This document shows positions 47,211 to 50,610 of a stretch of DNA of 50,610 bases, in pieces. Every line of letters starts with the position of its first letter. The first letter of the stretch is position 1. This DNA is from Octopus bimaculoides (lineage: Eukaryota): the NCBI RefSeq assembly GCF_001194135.2, contig NC_068981.1, positions 78,498,114 through 78,548,723 of the forward strand, written 5' to 3'. Below the pieces are notes generated by a model, which was given only the letters and a program-made list of their open reading frames with translations, ran no database searches and was not told where the DNA came from. A program made the translations under genes and the position numbers.

Positions 47211-48036
47211 GACATATATACAGGTTTTTGAAGGCAATCAGTAGTTTAAATTTCAGTGTACATGAAAAATTCATATACATGCTCACATGCATACCCCCAC
47301 ACACACACACACACACACACAGACACAACCTTACATCTACAGAAATATAAGAAACTTTGTGAGTGTGACCTCATACATTTATACATCTTATACATCACTA
47401 AATCTCAAATTGAGTTCTTTAAAAATACCTTCTTCACATTTGTATTCAACTCACGTTCAATAACACTTTTTCTTGATACAATTCTATATTGCTGAGATTA
47501 GGAATTTATACTATGTATACTGTTTATAGCAGTCTGGCTGGTGTCCTCATCTTGATTGTTACTTTCGCTCTGTTTTGGCTGTTGAACACTCCAGCATTCT
47601 TCAAAATAGTAAATAGATATAAATATCTCACCATTCCTATATCTTTCCCCTCACTATTTTCCTCTGCTGCTCTCTAAATTATGGTACACTTAGTATGATA
47701 TACATCTTTCTCTAAATTCATTCTGCTACAAATATAACAAAAGGAAACCATGTATTATTTTGATTTCTAGTAACGATATAAATTTGGCTAAATATGGTTT
47801 ATCGTTTATGTTGGAAATCTATACGATCATCTGTGTCTGAGGAGAGCAGTTTCTTTCAAATTGATGTAATGTTTTCCATTGATCGATTAAATGGAGCTGC
47901 TTGAAATGGCCGTAGTGCACTGATACCTGGATATCCTTGTTACTTATTTGCTATATGTTCACCTACTTTTGAGCTGCGCGGGCTATACCAAACTGGCTTG
48001 GTGCCTCAATTTAAGTACCAAGTTCAACTGAATCTG

Positions 48037-48074
<38 letters not shown>

Positions 48075-48492
48075 ATAATAATATAGATTTAATCAAAAGA
48101 TTAAATGTGGTACTTAAAATGTTTGAGGCACCAGAATTTGGTAGGGTAAAAACCAAAAACAAAATCAAGAGATTTGGTGAATAAAATTTGAAGAAAAGCA
48201 ACAAAAATTCAATAGGTTATAGCAGTACGTACGTTTCGTACAAACTTCATTTATTCATGTAGTGAGAACACTACATAAAATGTGCAATGAAAATGTACTC
48301 CTCAGCTACATAATGGAATTTCATTTTAGAAAGTCATTTTGTAGATGTGTGCAAAAAACAAGAGTAAGAGAAGAAAAAATACCATCTTGACTGGGCTGCC
48401 ATTCAACAGTGAATAAATAAAGTCTGTACGAAACGTACATACTGCTATAACCTATTGAATCTTTGTTTTCTTCAAATATATATATATATATA

Positions 48493-48856
48493 TTGTTGTT
48501 GTCACTCTGTCGCTTACGACGTCGGAGGTTCCAGTTGATCTGATCAACGGAACAGCCTGCTCGTAAAATTAACGTGCAAGTGGCTGAGCACTCCAAAGAC
48601 ACGTGTACCCTTAATGTAGTTCTCGGGGATATTCAGTGTGACACAGTGTGACAAGGCTGACCCTTTGAATTACAGGCACAACAGAAACAGGAAGTAAGAG
48701 TGAGAGAAAGTTGTGGTACAGCAGGGTTCGCCACCATCCCCTGCTAGAGCCTCATGGAGCTTTAGGTGTTTTCGCTCAATAAACACTCACAACGCCCGAT
48801 CTGGGAATCGAAACCGCGATCCTATGACTGCTAGTCCGCTGCCCTAACCACTGGAC
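48493..48856 (-). mobile_element. SINE family C copy (head runs into gap)
   Basis: Near-identical to 13568-13958. Confidence 0.88.
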
Positions 48857-49460
48857 NNNNNNNNNNNNNNNNNNNNNNNNNNNNNNNNNNNNNNNNNNNN
48901 NNNNNNNNNNNNNNNNNNNNNNNNNNNNNNNNNNNNNNNNNNNNNNNNNNNNNNNNNNNNNNNNNNNNNNNNNNNNNNNNNNNNNNNNNNNNNNNNNNNN
49001 NNNNNNNNNNNNNNNNNNNNNNNNNNNNNNNNNNNNNNNNNNNNNNNNNNNNNNNNNNNNNNNNNNNNNNNNNNNNNNNNNNNNNNNNNNNNNNNNNNNN
49101 NNNNNNNNNNNNNNNNNNNNNNNNNNNNNNNNNNNNNNNNNNNNNNNNNNNNNNNNNNNNNNNNNNNNNNNNNNNNNNNNNNNNNNNNNNNNNNNNNNNN
49201 NNNNNNNNNNNNNNNNNNNNNNNNNNNNNNNNNNNNNNNNNNNNNNNNNNNNNNNNNNNNNNNNNNNNNNNNNNNNNNNNNNNNNNNNNNNNNNNNNNNN
49301 NNNNNNNNNNNNNNNNNNNNNNNNNNNNNNNNNNNNNNNNNNNNNNNNNNNNNNNNNNNNNNNNNNNNNNNNNNNNNNNNNNNNNNNNNNNNNNNNNNNN
49401 NNNNNNNNNNNNNNNNNNNNNNNNNNNNNNNNNNNNNNNNNNNNNNNNNNNNNNNNNNNN

Positions 49461-50098
49461 TGGGCAAGAGTCTTCTACTATAGTCTTGTGAGTGGATTTG
49501 GTAGACGGGAACTGAAAAAAGCACATCGTGGCCATTGATCGTTGCCAGTGTCGCCTCCCTGGCACGTGAAAAGATATTCGAGCGAGATTGTTGCCAGTGT
49601 CGATGAACTGACTGTGCAGGTGGCACGTAAAATACACCATTTCAAACGTGGCCGTCATCAGTACCGCCTGACTGGCCCTCGTGCCGGTGGCACGTAAAAG
49701 CACCCACTACACTCTCGGAGTGGTTAGCGTTAGGAAGGGCATCCAACTGTAGAAACTCTGCCAAATCAGATTGGAGCCTGGTGTTGCCTCCTGGTCCACC
49801 AGTCCTCAGTAAAAACGTGCAACCCATGCTAGCATGGAAAGCGGACGTTAAACGACGATGATGATGATGATGATGTATCTATGTGTGTGTGTCTGTGTCT
49901 GTCCCCCCATCACTACTTGACAACTGATTTTGGTGTGTTTACATCTCCATAAACTAGCAGTCCAGCAAAAGAGACTGATAGAATAAGTACCAGGCTTAAA
50001 AAAATAGAATAAACAGTGGGGGTCGATTCATTCAACAAAAGTTCAAGGCGGTGCCCCGGCATGGCTGCAGTCTAATCACTGAAATGGGTAAAAAATCA
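49461..50098 (+). mobile_element. SINE family A interrupted by an RTE-type UTR repeat (49530-49875)
   Basis: 5' part 49461-49525, 3' half resumes ~49880. Confidence 0.75.
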
Positions 50099-50105
50099 AA
50101 GAATA

Positions 50106-50272
50106 GGTGCAGGTGTGACTGTGTGGTAAGAAGTTTGCTTTCCGGCCACATGGTTCTGGGTTCAGTCCCATTGTGGTACCTTGGGCAAGCATCTTCTACT
50201 ATAGCCCCAAGCTGACCAAAGCTGTGAGTGGATTTGGTAGACAGAAACTGAAAGAAGCCCATCGCATATATA
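50106..50272 (+). mobile_element. SINE family A 5' half
   Basis: A/B boxes, CCTTGGGCAAG. Confidence 0.8.
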
Positions 50273-50282
50273 CTTATATATA

Positions 50283-50480
50283 CAGGGTGGCCCAAAAGTA
50301 GGTTTACAGTTATCACGTAGGCACTTGAAATTTCTTTTAAAACATTTTATTACATTTAACTAAATTAGCATAGAATAATAGTTTCATTTTTTTTTTTTTT
50401 ATAATTAAGATCTAAATTGTTAATATATGAATGTGAAAGAGATAGTTGAATAACTGTAAACCTACTTTTGGGCCACACTG
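50283..50480. mobile_element. Tc1/mariner-type MITE, 31-bp TIRs (30/31)
   Basis: TA|CAGGGTGGCCCAAAAGTAGGTTTACAGTTAT..ATAACTGTAAACCTACTTTTGGGCCACACTG|CA. Confidence 0.85.
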
Positions 50481-50481
50481 C

Positions 50482-50513
<32 letters not shown>

Positions 50514-50610
50514 CATCATCATCATCATCATCATCGTTTAACGTCCGCTTTCCATGCTAGCATGCGTTGGACGATCTGACTGAGGACTGGTGAAACCGGA
50601 TGGCAACACC

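Noticed and set aside
47489-47677. Hydrophobic ORF (SLAGVLILIVTFALFWLL) as the sdk transmembrane exon
   Set aside because: It is the antisense of a decayed hammerhead-family repeat (CAAGATGAGGACA), and the second half of FN3 13 must come before the TM exon.
21003-49703. Long ORFs containing X runs
   Set aside because: Artefacts of reading through N gaps.

Overview
AT-rich, intron-dominated animal genomic window with 8 N-gaps. Its SINE/RTE repeat content suggests a coleoid cephalopod, probably Octopus (inference). The only host gene is a + strand sidekick (sdk) ortholog: 11 GT-AG exons (2324-37475) splice in one frame (1813 nt, or 1816 with the alternative acceptor) and encode FN3 repeats ~7 (second half) to ~13 (first half). 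The gene starts before the window and its next exon was not confidently found. The introns hold a decayed mariner, Helitron pieces, CR1/Jockey-like, R4/Dong-like and RTE LINE fragments, an internally deleted Ty3/Gypsy element with both LTRs, piggyBac-type and Tc1/mariner MITEs, several tRNA-derived SINE families, a 5'-truncated Penelope-like element and many microsatellites. The most notable unexplained layer is a set of 8 minimal hammerhead-ribozyme-like motifs from about 4 microsatellite-associated repeat families. One has an intact core at the Penelope-like element's 3' end. One three-copy family has a shared CUGU(U/G)GA (A6U) core variant, and one appears to be joined to the 3' end of a tRNA-derived SINE. 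All four copies in sdk sense orientation are broken. Several long inverted repeats could form intronic dsRNA. All calls were made by eye; no searches or folding were run.
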